DNA of 64,000 bases from Abditibacterium sp. (GCA_965199495.1 CBDASK010000003.1:256001-320000), one strand, 5' to 3'. Positions 1 to 10,880 are shown, counted from the stretch's first letter. The notes: a model not told the origin generated them from the sequence alone. Program-made: numbers and translations.

Positions 1-1410
1 GCTTTCGCTCATCAAATCGAACGGGACGCGGCAGTGAATGCAGCCCTGCCCGAAATGTCCATAAACCGAGACATCGTGATAACCGTATTCATCGAACAGT
101 TTTTTCAGGTCGCGCAGATACGGCCCGACTTTAGAGGGCGGCACGGCGCTGTCTTCCCAGCCCGGCCAGTTGAGCGGCACGCCCGGCACAAACGCCGTCG
201 CGCCCAAACCCGATTCGCGCACTTCCCACAATTTTTTCTCTTCGTCGCGGTCATCGAATAATTTCATCGAAGGTGGATTGTCTTTGCCCTTCAACTCGTC
301 CATCAACTTGCGCGCTTTGCCGTCGGATTCTTCCTTGTCTTTGCCGCCGAACTCGACTAAAAGCCAGCCGTTGCCTTCGGGCAACATTTTCACGTCGTCG
401 GGGTGCATCCCGCGCTTTTTCATGTATTCGATCAATTGATCGTCCATGCCTTCCAAGCCAATCGGCTCGTGCTTCATCGCTTCGGGCGCGTGATCTCCGG
501 CGCTGAAAACGTCGGGATAACCCAAAACCAACAGCGAGCGTTCTTTGGGTTGTGGAATCAAATGGAGAGTCGCTTCGAGAATCGTGACGAGGGTGCCTTC
601 GCTTCCGATTAAGGCGCGGGCAACGTTGAAATCGTTTTCCGGCAAAAGTTCGGGCAAGTTATAACCCGAAACGCGGCGCGGAATCATCGGAAATTTATCG
701 CGGATTTCGTCGGCGTTTTTGTCGCGCAGGTTTTTCAAATCGCGGTAAACCTCGCCGCGCCTTCCGCCGTTTTTGATGATTTCTTCCAACTCGCCGGGAG
801 TCGTCGAGGCGACCTCGAATTGCGTGCCGTCATAGAGCAAAATTTCGAGCGATTGAACGTTATCGGCGACGCGCGGGCCGGTTCCGGCGAATTGCGCCAT
901 TACCGAATGGACGCCGCACGAATCGTTGCCCATCATGCCGCCCAGCGTGCAGCGATTATGCGTGGCTGGATCGGGGCCGAAAGTCAGGCCATGTTCGTCG
1001 GCGGCGCGGCGCAAATCGTCCAAAACGATACCGGGCTGAATACGCGCTAATTTCTTTTCGGGGTCAATATACAGGATATGATTGTAATATTTGGTGGTGT
1101 CCATCACCACAGCCACGTTGCAGCACTGGCCCGCCAGCGAAGTGCCACCGCCGCGCGCCAGCAGAGGCGCTTCGTGTTTGCGGCAAATTTCGACAATTTT
1201 GATGATGTCGGCTTTGCTTTTGGGCAAAACGACACCAATCGGCGTCTGGCGATAGTTGGAGCCGTCGGTCGCATAAAGCGCGCGAGCGCCGTCGTCGAAA
1301 CGCACTTCGCCTTCGATTGCGTTCATCAAGTCGTTGGCGAGGTCTTCAATGGCCTGCGTCTGGTCTTTGGGCGCGGTATTGCGGATGTGGAGGGGAATAA
1401 TAGTTGACAT
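1..1410 (-). CDS. FAD-binding/Fe-S oxidoreductase (GlcD/D-lactate dehydrogenase-like), 5' part; runs off the window edge
   Basis: Not in the ORF track. Manual translation from ATG 1410 gives MSTIIPLH...EVRFDDGARALYATDGSNYRQTPIGVVLP...RGGGTSLAGQCCN...FGPDPATHNRCTLGGMMGNDSCG, typical FAD_binding_4 motifs. Confidence 0.85.
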   Translation of the reverse strand, partial: MSTIIPLHIRNTAPKDQTQAIEDLANDLMNAIEGEVRFDDGARALYATDGSNYRQTPIGVVLPKSKADIIKIVEICRKHEAPLLARGGGTSLAGQCCNVAVVMDTTKYYNHILYIDPEKKLARIQPGIVLDDLRRAADEHGLTFGPDPATHNRCTLGGMMGNDSCGVHSVMAQFAGTGPRVADNVQSLEILLYDGTQFEVASTTPGELEEIIKNGGRRGEVYRDLKNLRDKNADEIRDKFPMIPRRVSGYNLPELLPENDFNVARALIGSEGTLVTILEATLHLIPQPKERSLLVLGYPDVFSAGDHAPEAMKHEPIGLEGMDDQLIEYMKKRGMHPDDVKMLPEGNGWLLVEFGGKDKEESDGKARKLMDELKGKDNPPSMKLFDDRDEEKKLWEVRESGLGATAFVPGVPLNWPGWEDSAVPPSKVGPYLRDLKKLFDEYGYHDVSVYGHFGQGCIHCRVPFDLMSES

Positions 1411-1422
1411 GATTGTTTGGGG

Positions 1423-1517
1423 TTCACACAAAGAAACTAAGTTCTCACAAAGAATACAAAGAAACACTTCTTAAATTCCTTTGTATTCTTTGTGAGAACT
1501 TAGTTTCTTTGTGTGAA
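1423..1517. repeat. Perfect 39-bp inverted repeat (REP-like, CACAAAG-type)
   Basis: TTCACACAAAGAAACTAAGTTCTCACAAAGAATACAAAG (1423-1461) and its exact reverse complement (1479-1517), with a 17-nt loop. Confidence 0.9.
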
Positions 1518-1526
1518 ATGAATGTT

Positions 1527-2057
1527 TTAATTTTCTCGCGGCTGAAACCGGCTCGCGCACGCCAGCATTCCCAGCACGCCCAACCCGAAAAACGAGAGCG
1601 GCGCCAGCACCGGCGGATGCTGCAATGCGGCGCCACCATGATGATGTTGCTCACCGCTCGACTGCTCGCCGCTCGATTTGTTATCGCCCGCGTGATCGCT
1701 TTCGTCGCCGCCGTGAACTGGCATTGACCACGCCGAAAGTTCGCGGCTCAAGCCCTGGATGGGCTTTTTGCCCGTGTGCAGCCACAGTCCCAACGGCCCG
1801 ACGATAAGGCCAACTGCGAAGCACCAGAACAAAATTTTGCGCCCGCCTTTGTTCCACCAGATCAGCGCCAAAATGCCCGCGATCAGCATCAGGCCGCTAT
1901 AAATTAAGGGCGTCCACGACAGCGGATGTTCGCCCAAAACTTCGCGGTGCGTGTAGCGGATTTCGAGCAGCAAGCCCAGCAATCCGCCCAGGGCAAACAG
2001 CACGATCCACTGGTTCAAACTCCAGCCGTTACGACGTTCGATGTTAATTTCTTGCAT
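1527..2057 (-). CDS. Hypothetical membrane protein (about 4 TM segments)
   Basis: 176-aa ORF with hydrophobic segments, 3 nt downstream of the enolase-family gene. Confidence 0.7.
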   Translation of the reverse strand: MQEINIERRNGWSLNQWIVLFALGGLLGLLLEIRYTHREVLGEHPLSWTPLIYSGLMLIAGILALIWWNKGGRKILFWCFAVGLIVGPLGLWLHTGKKPIQGLSRELSAWSMPVHGGDESDHAGDNKSSGEQSSGEQHHHGGAALQHPPVLAPLSFFGLGVLGMLACASRFQPREN

Positions 2058-2060
2058 AAT

Positions 2061-3170
2061 TCAAACCTCGACGCGAAACTTTTCCGCGTCCTGTTTTTTA
2101 AATTCCAGCCCCATTCCGGGCCGCGACAAATCCGGCCACAACGCGCCGCCCTGCGGCGTGGCTGCTCCGTCGAACAGCATTTGCTCGATACGAACGTGAT
2201 CGTGAAAATACTCGGCGTGACGCATCGCGGGCAGCGCGCAACCGATGTGCAAATGCAACGCGGGCGCGCAGTGCGACGACATTGGCATCGCGTAACTTTG
2301 GCATAAAGCGCCCACGCCCAGAAAATCGGAAAATCCGCCGCAACGCGTGGCGTCGGCTTGCAAAACGTCAACAGCGTTCGCTTCCAATCGTCGTTTAAAA
2401 TAGGGCAAATCGTAAGCGTATTCGCCATCGGCGATTTCCAGGCGCGCCGGGCCGACTTCGCGCAGCCACGCCATGCCGAAAACGTCGGTCGGATCGAGCG
2501 GTTGTTCCATCCAACGCGCATCGAATTCCCCAGCGAACGTCTCGCACCAATAAAGCGCCTGTTTGCGCGCATAGGCCGAATTGGCGTCCACGAACAGTTC
2601 GACATTTGGCCCAATCGCGTCGCGCGCAACTTGGGCGCGATGCCGGTCGTTTTGCGGGTCGCGCCCGACTTTCATCTTCACGCGCGTAATTCCCTGCGCC
2701 GCCCAATCGCCGAGCTGTTGCGTGAGTTGTTGGTCGGAATACGAGCAAAATCCGCCGCTTCCGTAAATCGGCAAACACGAACGAACCGCACCAAAAAGCG
2801 TAACCAAAGGCACGCCCAATAATCGCGCTTTCAAATCCCACAGCGCGTTGTCAACAGCAGCCACGGCCATCGCGCTCTGGCCGACTTCGCCCGTGTTGCG
2901 CACTTGATTTCGCATCGCCTGATGCGCTCCGGCAATCGCCATCGCGTCGCGGCCTTCGATGCGCGCAATCAACGAATCGGAAATAAACCGTGCTACGGCG
3001 GGCGGCGCGTAAGAATAACCCATGCCGATTTGGTCGCCCGCGTGCGCGTGAACTACGACAATCGTCGTCGAATCCCACGCCAAAGTGCCATCGGATTCGG
3101 GCGCGTCGGTCGGAATCGTATAAGCGGCGACTTCGATTTTGCGGAGGGGAAATTCGGGTTTCATGCTCAA
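2061..3170 (-). CDS. Mandelate racemase/muconate lactonizing enzyme family (enolase superfamily)
   Basis: AVDNALWDLKAR, KMK, VDAN, EQP, DGEY and SHC motifs. Confidence 0.9.
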   Translation of the reverse strand: MSMKPEFPLRKIEVAAYTIPTDAPESDGTLAWDSTTIVVVHAHAGDQIGMGYSYAPPAVARFISDSLIARIEGRDAMAIAGAHQAMRNQVRNTGEVGQSAMAVAAVDNALWDLKARLLGVPLVTLFGAVRSCLPIYGSGGFCSYSDQQLTQQLGDWAAQGITRVKMKVGRDPQNDRHRAQVARDAIGPNVELFVDANSAYARKQALYWCETFAGEFDARWMEQPLDPTDVFGMAWLREVGPARLEIADGEYAYDLPYFKRRLEANAVDVLQADATRCGGFSDFLGVGALCQSYAMPMSSHCAPALHLHIGCALPAMRHAEYFHDHVRIEQMLFDGAATPQGGALWPDLSRPGMGLEFKKQDAEKFRVEV

Positions 3171-3559
3171 ACATCGCCCGCGAAAGCGATTGTCGTCAGC
3201 AACGCGTTTTCCGACTGGCGCGAATCGAGGCGCGTGTGCTGCGCGATAATCGGCACATCCGAAACGATAACGCTCGAATAATCGGTGCCTTTGGGAATCG
3301 GTTCGGGATCAGTCAGATCATTGAAGCGTTGGTGCAGCGTGCGACGTGGCGCAACCGTGAGTTTGTAGGGGCCAACCGGATCGCGGTCGGCGAAGAAAAT
3401 CGTGATTTCAACGTGCGCTTCTTGCTCGGTCGTGTTAAGCAGACAAACCGCTTCGTGAGAAGTCATTGTTGGCGCGGGGCCGTGGCTGGTGGGCGGAATA
3501 TAGCCTTCGGGAATCGCCCATATCGTGCGGCCCAGAACGGGCGGATTTGAGTTCGCCAT
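3167..3559 (-). CDS. Anabaena sensory rhodopsin transducer (ASRT) family protein
   Basis: WAIPEGYIP...SHEAVCLLN...RRTLHQRFNDL...SDVPIIAQHTRLDSRQ signature. Confidence 0.9.
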   Translation of the reverse strand: MANSNPPVLGRTIWAIPEGYIPPTSHGPAPTMTSHEAVCLLNTTEQEAHVEITIFFADRDPVGPYKLTVAPRRTLHQRFNDLTDPEPIPKGTDYSSVIVSDVPIIAQHTRLDSRQSENALLTTIAFAGDV

Positions 3560-3659
3560 AGCGCCAGAAAATGCTGCGAGACCGGCGCCAAGCGATGAGA
3601 AAATTAGGATATTCTCATATCTCTGATTAAAATGCGCGCTTCCAAGGGAAAATTGAAAG

Positions 3660-4736
3660 TCAACGGCCCGGCGTGACGTAAAAAAACGCCATCGCTAAAA
3701 TCCCGTAAACCGCGACTAATAATAAACCCTCGAACCACGTTGTTTCGCCGTCTTGCGCGATGGAATTGACCGCGAAAGCCGCGCCCGCAATCGCGATGAG
3801 TTCGAGCGGATTGGAAAACACCAGGTTCATCGGATGACGGGTAAAATGCGAAATAATAACTAACAATGGCGCGACGAACAGCGCGACTTGAATCGAAGAG
3901 CCGACGGTGATGGTGAAAACCAGACCCATTTGATTTTGGCGCGCGAAGTAAATCGCCGACACGTATTCGGCGGCGTTGCCGATGACCGCCAGCACGATGA
4001 CGCCCAGAAAAAACGCCGAAACGCCCAACGTGCCCGCCGTGGCTTCCAAAGCGCCCGACACTAATTCGGCTTCGAGCGCCACCAAAACCGTCGCGCCCGC
4101 CAGCACGCCCAGAGCTTTGTTGCGACTCCATTTTTTTCCTTTCGTCGGTTCGCTCTCCTCCAACGCGAAAATATCGCGGTGCGTTTTCATCGTATAAATC
4201 AGATTGCCCACATAAACCAGAATGAGAACAATTGAGACGCCCAGACTCAAATGCTCCTCCAAACGACCGGCAGCGGCGGGGGCGACCAAACCGCGCTCGG
4301 TGTAACTAAAAAGCGCGGGCAACAGCAAAGCAATCGTGGTTAAAATCAGCAGACTCGACAACAAACCGGCGCGCTCGCGCTTGAACGTTTGGTTTTCGCG
4401 GCCCCGCGAACCGACCAAAATCGCGATGCCCAAACCCAACAAACTATTGCCGATAATCGAACCCGTCATCTGCCCTTTGACGACGGCGCTTTGCCCAGCC
4501 GCCAAAACGAAAAACGCCAGAATCAGTTCGGCCATATTGCCAAAAGTGACGTTCAATAATCCGCCAATCGCCGGGCCAGCGATGCGCGCCATCTGTTCGG
4601 TCGCACGCCGAATCCCATCGGCCAAAGGCACGATTCCAATAACCGCCGTGATAAAAACCCAAATCGCGCCCGCGTGGAAAACGTAGCCGAGCAACAGCGA
4701 AAGCGGGACGAAAGCTAATAAGATATTCCAGATCAT
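3660..4736 (-). CDS. Ca2+/H+ antiporter (CAX/ChaA family)
   Basis: [12 protein letters not shown] and GNAAEY alpha-repeat motifs; about 11 TM segments. Confidence 0.9.
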   Translation of the reverse strand: MIWNILLAFVPLSLLLGYVFHAGAIWVFITAVIGIVPLADGIRRATEQMARIAGPAIGGLLNVTFGNMAELILAFFVLAAGQSAVVKGQMTGSIIGNSLLGLGIAILVGSRGRENQTFKRERAGLLSSLLILTTIALLLPALFSYTERGLVAPAAAGRLEEHLSLGVSIVLILVYVGNLIYTMKTHRDIFALEESEPTKGKKWSRNKALGVLAGATVLVALEAELVSGALEATAGTLGVSAFFLGVIVLAVIGNAAEYVSAIYFARQNQMGLVFTITVGSSIQVALFVAPLLVIISHFTRHPMNLVFSNPLELIAIAGAAFAVNSIAQDGETTWFEGLLLVAVYGILAMAFFYVTPGR

Positions 4737-4746
4737 AAAAGCGATT

Positions 4747-5190
4747 TTAACGCGGCGATTTCTGTCGCGCCATCAACACCAACGTCGAGGGCACGCACGC
4801 GCCGCGATTCCAACCCAAAGTTTCGTTGCCGCCGTAACGATAACCATCGGCAAAACCGTAATGCGTTTCTTCGTCATCGTCGCTCGTCGCCAAAGCGTCA
4901 AGAGCCGCATCGCGTTCAGCGCTGGCGTCGCGTCCGCACGCTTCATCTAAAAGCGCGCCGAAAACTCCCAGCGCGACCGCATCGAACGGCGCGCCGTGAA
5001 TCTGGCAGAGCGCATCAACGACGCCCATTAAATAACCGCCGCCAAACGGTGTCGCGGCGACACCGGCGATTGGCCCCGTCGAAGGCGCCTCGCGCGCCAA
5101 TTCGATTTGCCCGGCCAATAAACGCCGCGCGTCGCGCAAAACGGCGGTTTGCGCAAGGGAAAGCGCGGGCGTTTTATTTGTCGTCGCCAT
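4747..5190 (-). CDS. Hypothetical protein
   Basis: 147-aa ORF overlapping the 3' end of the TPP gene, within the operon. Confidence 0.6.
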   Translation of the reverse strand: MATTNKTPALSLAQTAVLRDARRLLAGQIELAREAPSTGPIAGVAATPFGGGYLMGVVDALCQIHGAPFDAVALGVFGALLDEACGRDASAERDAALDALATSDDDEETHYGFADGYRYGGNETLGWNRGACVPSTLVLMARQKSPR

Positions 5191-7033
5191 CTTCGTCCTC
5201 GCCGTGGCTGCTCAAATGCAACGCCTCTTTAACTTCGGAAACTTTCTCCGTCACCAGCGCCTTGACCGAATTCACGATGACGCCCTTTTCGTTGGGATCG
5301 CCTTTCAATAAGGCTTCGGCGGTGTTGCGCGCGAACTCGAACGAAATATGCGCTGGCAACGGCGGCACATTTTTATCGGTGTGAACATCCAAAAGCGTCA
5401 ATCCATCGTGCGCAAAAGCCGCATCCCACGCTTCGCCGATTTTTTCTGGATCGGTAACTTTGATGCCCTTGAACCCCAACATTTCGGCATAAGCCGCGTA
5501 ATCTATGCTCTCGACGTTTTGCGAACCTTCCCAGCGTGGATTGCCGTCTTCGGTGCGCATTTCCCACGAAACCTGCGTCAAATCGTCGTTGTGCAAAACC
5601 ATCACGACCAACTGTTTGTTGGGCCACAAATGCTGATATTTCTTGATCGTAATCAGTTCGTTCATGCCCAACATTTGAAACGCGCCATCGCCAATTGTGC
5701 AGACGACGGGCTTATCGGGAAAGGCGAACTTAGCAGCCACGGCGTAGGGCATCGCCGCCAACATCGTCGCCAAACGGCCCGACAAATCGCCGCGCATTCC
5801 CCTGCGCAAACGAATATGATGACCATACCAATCGGCGGTCGAACCGGCGTCGCAGGTCACAATCACACCGTCGGGCAAACGCTGGTTGAGTTCGTAAAAC
5901 ACGCGGCGCGGATTGATCGGGTCGGCTTTGTCATAGGCCAAATCGTGCAGCACGCCTTCCCATTCGCGCATCCCTTGGGCGACTTTTTCCTGAAAACTCA
6001 GGTCGTCGGTTGGCGAAATCAGCGGCAAAAGCGCCTGAAGCGTGGATTTGGCGTCGCCCCACAAATTGACTTCCATCGGATAGCGCACGCCCAATTGTCC
6101 GGGCCGCAAATCGATCTGAACACCGCGCGCCTGACCCGTCGGCGGCAAATAGCCCCCGTAGGGATAATTGGAGCCGATCATTACAAAGGTGTCGCAATCC
6201 TGCATCATTTTATAGGAAGGCAAGCTGCCCAGAAGTCCCAATTGTTCGCAATTGAAATCAATATCGCCGGGCACGACATCTTTGCCGCGCAACGCCGTCG
6301 TGATGCCCGCGCCGGTTACGCGCGCGAGTTCCAAAACTTCGTCGGTCGCGCCCAAAGCGCCCGCACCGACCAAAAGCGCGACGCGTTGGCCCGCTTTCAA
6401 AATATCGGCGGCGCGCGTCAGTTCTTCCAACGGCGGCGTAATTTTGATCGAAGTCGGCGCCGACGAACTGCGCGAAACATCAAGTTTTTTGGGCGCGTCC
6501 TCGCTTTTCATCTTTTGCACATCGTGCGGAATAACGATAACGCACGGTTGCCGGTGCGTAAGGGCAATGCGACAGGCGCGGTCAACCACGACTTGCGCTT
6601 GCGCGGGCGTCACGATGGTTTGAACGTAAGCCGCGACATCGGAAAAGGTGCGTTCGAGATTATTTTCCTGTTGATAGGCGCTGCCCAATGTTTCCAACGC
6701 CTGTTGCCCAACGATAGCCACGACGGGCTGGTTGTCCATCTGCGCATCGTAGAGACCGTTGAGCATATGAAAAGCGCCGGGGCTGGAAGTCGCCGTGCAG
6801 ACGCCGATTTTGCCCGTCCATTTGGCGTAGGCTGTCGCCATCAACGCGCAAATTTCTTCGTGCGTCGGGCGGATAAATTTCAGCGGCAAATCAGCGTCAT
6901 CGGCGCGGCCCAAGGCGCCATCGAAACCGCCGATGCCGTCGCCGGGAAAGCCGAAAATGTGGTCAACGCCCCATTCGAGGAGGCGGTCAATTACGAAGTC
7001 GCTGACGGTGTCGCGGGAATGAACAATGCTCAT
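5174..7033 (-). CDS. Thiamine pyrophosphate-requiring enzyme (pyruvate oxidase/PoxB-like)
   Basis: FGFPGDG, HEE, and the GDGAFQM...LHN TPP motif. Start placed at ATG 7033 (MSIVHSRDTVSDF). Confidence 0.9.
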   Translation of the reverse strand: MSIVHSRDTVSDFVIDRLLEWGVDHIFGFPGDGIGGFDGALGRADDADLPLKFIRPTHEEICALMATAYAKWTGKIGVCTATSSPGAFHMLNGLYDAQMDNQPVVAIVGQQALETLGSAYQQENNLERTFSDVAAYVQTIVTPAQAQVVVDRACRIALTHRQPCVIVIPHDVQKMKSEDAPKKLDVSRSSSAPTSIKITPPLEELTRAADILKAGQRVALLVGAGALGATDEVLELARVTGAGITTALRGKDVVPGDIDFNCEQLGLLGSLPSYKMMQDCDTFVMIGSNYPYGGYLPPTGQARGVQIDLRPGQLGVRYPMEVNLWGDAKSTLQALLPLISPTDDLSFQEKVAQGMREWEGVLHDLAYDKADPINPRRVFYELNQRLPDGVIVTCDAGSTADWYGHHIRLRRGMRGDLSGRLATMLAAMPYAVAAKFAFPDKPVVCTIGDGAFQMLGMNELITIKKYQHLWPNKQLVVMVLHNDDLTQVSWEMRTEDGNPRWEGSQNVESIDYAAYAEMLGFKGIKVTDPEKIGEAWDAAFAHDGLTLLDVHTDKNVPPLPAHISFEFARNTAEALLKGDPNEKGVIVNSVKALVTEKVSEVKEALHLSSHGEDEDGDDK

Positions 7034-7227
7034 AAGGGTGCTCGATAAAACAGAGATCAGGTCGTTCCAAACGAAGCCTTTGTCTTGTTCTTTATGTGAG
7101 CAACCCGAATGCCTTATCAAACAATTGGAGGTTTTTCAGGCCGAGTTAATCCAACGGAAACCGTTGTAACATCACTATTTTCGGCGTGATTACGGACAAA
7201 CCAACGCGAAAATAAGAGTTTTAGAAG

Positions 7228-8394
7228 TTAAGCCCCAGCCTTGGCGCTCGCCAATTCCAAAACGGCGCGCGCGATGTCGCGGGCGGCGGCGGGTTTGGCG
7301 AGCTTGCGCGCTTCCTCGCCCATTGCCCGCAAATCTTTGGCGTCGCGTAGCATCTCTTCGACTGTTTTGAGCAAGTTCGGCCCATCGCAATCGGACTGAC
7401 GCAGAATGCGGGCGGCACCCGCGTTGACGACCATTTGCGCGTTTTTGGTTTGCTCGTCGCCGCCCGTCGGCACGAGCGGAACGTAAAGCGCCGCTTTGCC
7501 GACCGCGCACATTTCGGTGACGGTTCCAGCGCCCGCGCGCCCGATGACCAAATCGGCGAGGGCCAAAACATCGCGCAGTTCGTGGCGAATGAATTTGCTC
7601 AACGCGTAGCGCCGTTGCAAGTGTTCCGGCAACGCCAGACGTGCCCGCGTTAAACGGTCGAAATCGTTCTCCTTTTCGGCGGATTGTTCGCCGCACTGGT
7701 GAATCACGCGCGCCTTTTCCAATAATTGCGGCAGACAATCTTCGATGGCGCGATTAATCACGCGCGCGCCCAAACTACCGCCGGTAATATAAATCGCGGA
7801 CAGGTTTTCGTCGGATAAACCGAAGTGTTGTGTCGCCGTGGCTGCATCGCCGCCGAAGATCGAGGCGCGCACGGGATTGCCCGCAACCCACGCGATTTCT
7901 TTGGCGCGCGGCGACAAAGAATGGCGCGCGCCTTCCCACGACAGCGCGATGCGCGTGGCAAAACGCGAATTAATGCGGTTGGCCAGACCGATTTGCACGG
8001 TTTGTTCGTGAATCAAAACTGGAATGTGATTCAAACCCGCCGCGACAACCGGCGGAACGGTGACGTAACCACCAGTCGCCAAAACCACATCAGGCTTGAA
8101 CTTCTTGATTTGATAAAGCGACTGCGCCAAACCGACGGGAATGCGAAATTGGTCGAGCAAGTTTTCCGGCGAAATGTAGCGGCGCAGTTTGCCCGTCGAA
8201 ATCGGCACGAACGGAATGCCCGCCGCCTCGACCAAACCGCGCTCCAAACCTTTTTTGGAGCCGATATATAAAAATTGCGCGTCGGGTTTCATCTGGCGTA
8301 GCGTTTCGATGAGCGCGAGGGCGGGCGAAATGTGGCCCGACGTGCCGCCGCCGGTCACCAAGATTCGCGGGGAATCGGAAGAATTGGTTGCCAT
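7228..8394 (-). CDS. murG: UDP-GlcNAc:lipid I GlcNAc transferase MurG
   Basis: TGGGTSGH, ATGGYV, HEQ, GNPVR, GGSLGA, RAGAGTVTE and EQTKNA motifs. Confidence 0.88.
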   Translation of the reverse strand: MATNSSDSPRILVTGGGTSGHISPALALIETLRQMKPDAQFLYIGSKKGLERGLVEAAGIPFVPISTGKLRRYISPENLLDQFRIPVGLAQSLYQIKKFKPDVVLATGGYVTVPPVVAAGLNHIPVLIHEQTVQIGLANRINSRFATRIALSWEGARHSLSPRAKEIAWVAGNPVRASIFGGDAATATQHFGLSDENLSAIYITGGSLGARVINRAIEDCLPQLLEKARVIHQCGEQSAEKENDFDRLTRARLALPEHLQRRYALSKFIRHELRDVLALADLVIGRAGAGTVTEMCAVGKAALYVPLVPTGGDEQTKNAQMVVNAGAARILRQSDCDGPNLLKTVEEMLRDAKDLRAMGEEARKLAKPAAARDIARAVLELASAKAGA

Positions 8395-8444
8395 ATCTTA
8401 GGCCGCGCAGTTTGGCAGAAATAGCCGATAAAGACACGCAGAAA

Positions 8445-9968
8445 CTATCGGCAACTCTTTTCCATTTCCGCCAACAGAGCCACCGCGTGTCGGCCCGGTT
8501 CGCGATAAATCGAATACAACGGCCCGACGACTTTAGCCGCTTCATCGGCATCGAACCATGCCGCTCCGCCTAATTTCGCCTGCGCTTCGACGTTTAATAA
8601 TACCGGCAATGCGCCCGGCATGATGGCACCGATGCCCGCCAAAATCGGCCCGCCCGCCCGCGCGATTTCGATCAAGCGCTCGACGTTGCGCGCGCCGATG
8701 CGGCCATAGGAAAGCGTCTCGACTTCCAAACCGGGCACGATGACTTTAACCGAATAAATGCCTTTATCGGCGGACGAAAAATCGGCGACCAGCACTTCCA
8801 AATCGTCGGCGCGCAATCTTTCGACGACGAAATTTAATAACGCGGTTTTATCGTCGTTAAGCGATTCAGGTTGCGTCGGCACGTCGGCAAAATCAATCCA
8901 ATTTTCGACGCGATGAACCGGCGCCATATTTTCGCGCACCTGTTCTAAATTTAATTTCGACCAATCGCTCAAACTTTGCAGCGCGCGTTGTTCTTCATCT
9001 TGGGGCGCGAAGTTCTGGCGAAACTCGTCCAAATATCCGTCGGGCGCGATTTGCTCGGCAATCGCCAGTGGCCCATGAAAAAACGCGATGCGCGCGCGCG
9101 CCGCCGCGAACTCCAACAACGCTTTGCGCAGCGCCACCACAGCCACCGGGTGACACGCCTCGCCGCCGCCCAGCGCCATCACGTTCGAGGCGCCATTTTC
9201 CGCATCAATTCTGTCAATGCCCGAAACATAAAATCCGGGAATCCCGCGATCTTGGGAAGCGAATTTCACTACGACATCCACGCCCATTCGCTCGAATTTA
9301 TCCAATAATTCGCGCGCGACCGGATCGTGGATCGTGCTTAAATCAAGCGCGTTTGTCGTGGCCAAAGCGCGAATCGAAAGGCCGTTGCCGTCGCGCTGCA
9401 ACAGTTCGAGCAAACCGTGAACGACCGCCATTTCATAAGTTGTCCCGGCGCCCAAACCGTTAGTGATCGGCGTCACCAAAAATCCGCGCCGCGTCTCGCC
9501 CAGCGCCGGATTGCCGTCGAGCGGTAAATCGCTCCAACCGCACGCGACGAATTCGAGCGGCACCCAGACTTTTTCGCCCGAACCAAAGCGGTTAATTTGC
9601 ACCCAATCCAATTCGATATGTTCGTCGTAAAGACTGCCCGCTTCCAAGCATAAATCGAGCGGATCAATGGCGGCGCACTGGCTCGCCTTCATTTCGGCGA
9701 ACGAGGCGCGCGTTTGCGGCCAATTTTCCAGGGCGTGGTGCGCCCAGAAATCTTCGGTTAATTCGCCGTAAGCGCCGCATCTGGCGCTGGCCGGAGTTTG
9801 GCCATAGCCGACGCCGCCTTTGTGCGGCCCGTTCGCGGGATAAAAAATCGCCGAGTGACAGTGAATGCCTAAGCGGTCGGCGCCCGACAACGCGAACTCG
9901 TTGATTTCGCCGTCGGGCAAAGCCGCGTGATATTTTTCAGTCGCGTTTTGGTAAATGGAATCTTGCAT
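8445..9968 (-). CDS. YcaO-like family protein (paralogue 1)
   Basis: GVGYG..PASARCGAYGELTE, ITNGLGAG...GLLELLQRDG, ALRKALLE and KVIVPGLE motifs. Confidence 0.85.
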   Translation of the reverse strand: MQDSIYQNATEKYHAALPDGEINEFALSGADRLGIHCHSAIFYPANGPHKGGVGYGQTPASARCGAYGELTEDFWAHHALENWPQTRASFAEMKASQCAAIDPLDLCLEAGSLYDEHIELDWVQINRFGSGEKVWVPLEFVACGWSDLPLDGNPALGETRRGFLVTPITNGLGAGTTYEMAVVHGLLELLQRDGNGLSIRALATTNALDLSTIHDPVARELLDKFERMGVDVVVKFASQDRGIPGFYVSGIDRIDAENGASNVMALGGGEACHPVAVVALRKALLEFAAARARIAFFHGPLAIAEQIAPDGYLDEFRQNFAPQDEEQRALQSLSDWSKLNLEQVRENMAPVHRVENWIDFADVPTQPESLNDDKTALLNFVVERLRADDLEVLVADFSSADKGIYSVKVIVPGLEVETLSYGRIGARNVERLIEIARAGGPILAGIGAIMPGALPVLLNVEAQAKLGGAAWFDADEAAKVVGPLYSIYREPGRHAVALLAEMEKSCR

Positions 9969-10020
9969 GATGTTTTAAAATCCCCACGATTAGAATCCCC
10001 GATTAAAATCGGAGCCTAAG

Positions 10021-10105
10021 AACGGCTACGCCGCAACTGTCCGCCTGCGCGGACACACAAAATCTGAGCTTGTCCGCGCAGGCGGACAGTTGCGGCGTAG
10101 CCGTT
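10021..10105. repeat. Perfect 35-bp inverted repeat (REP-like) flanked by two small hairpins
   Basis: AACGGCTACGCCGCAACTGTCCGCCTGCGCGGACA (10021-10055) with its reverse complement at 10071-10105. Small hairpins lie at about 9999-10012 and 10111-10130. Confidence 0.9.
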
Positions 10106-10136
10106 TCCAGACCCACAATTTATTGTGGGTTCGTAA

Positions 10137-10880
10137 TTAAACGCCGACGACAAACCGTTCCGCGAACGGTTCGCGCTCGACGCGCTCGGCTTCGGCGCGA
10201 TGAAATTGCGTCAACTGTGAAGCCACGCCATCGGGGTCGCCGAACTGAAAGCCGATTTGCGACGCATAAGCGCAACATCCAGCGATTTTGAGTTGCAACG
10301 ATTCGTCATCGAAAACGACGAATCCACCGCTCAAATTTTTCGGCAACAACTCCGACGGCGTGGCTGCTGGCTGGCGAATGGCGTAGGGCGTATCGCGATA
10401 CCAAAAGGCTGGCTTATCCCAACCGCGCGCGCGCACAGCGCGAATGACTTGCAAATGGTCAACGTGATTGCCCAAACCCTGCGGCGCAAAAACCGTATCG
10501 GGCGTTTGGATTTCGCCTAATTTCTCGGCGATTTCGCGCCAAATCTCGTCGCCGTCGCGAATGCCGCCAAATAAATCAGGCGCCGATTCGTAACCGCGAT
10601 GCGGCGCCTCGAAGAACGGCCAATGTTCGTAGTTTTCGATGCCGATGATTTCGCAAAATTGGTCGTCTTCGGCACGGCGCAATTTCATGTAATCTATGTC
10701 GGGCGCCAAACCTTTATCCAACTGGCACGCCAAAGCAAAACCCTGCGGATTTTCGACCGAACCGGTAAAAATCGTGATTTGTTGCACATCCCAACCGCCG
10801 CGCAACAAATGGCGCGCAGTCGCGGCGCACGAAAATGCGATGTCATCGAGATGGGGCGAAAGTAAAAGGGCGCGGGGCAT
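10137..10880 (-). CDS. PIG-L/LmbE family de-N-acetylase
   Basis: SPHLDD, RRAED, HVDH and YASQ motifs. Confidence 0.9.
   Translation of the reverse strand: MPRALLLSPHLDDIAFSCAATARHLLRGGWDVQQITIFTGSVENPQGFALACQLDKGLAPDIDYMKLRRAEDDQFCEIIGIENYEHWPFFEAPHRGYESAPDLFGGIRDGDEIWREIAEKLGEIQTPDTVFAPQGLGNHVDHLQVIRAVRARGWDKPAFWYRDTPYAIRQPAATPSELLPKNLSGGFVVFDDESLQLKIAGCCAYASQIGFQFGDPDGVASQLTQFHRAEAERVEREPFAERFVVGV

Noticed and set aside
5348..7048. 566-aa plus-strand ORF
   Set aside because: Antisense shadow of the TPP enzyme gene, with no recognisable motifs.
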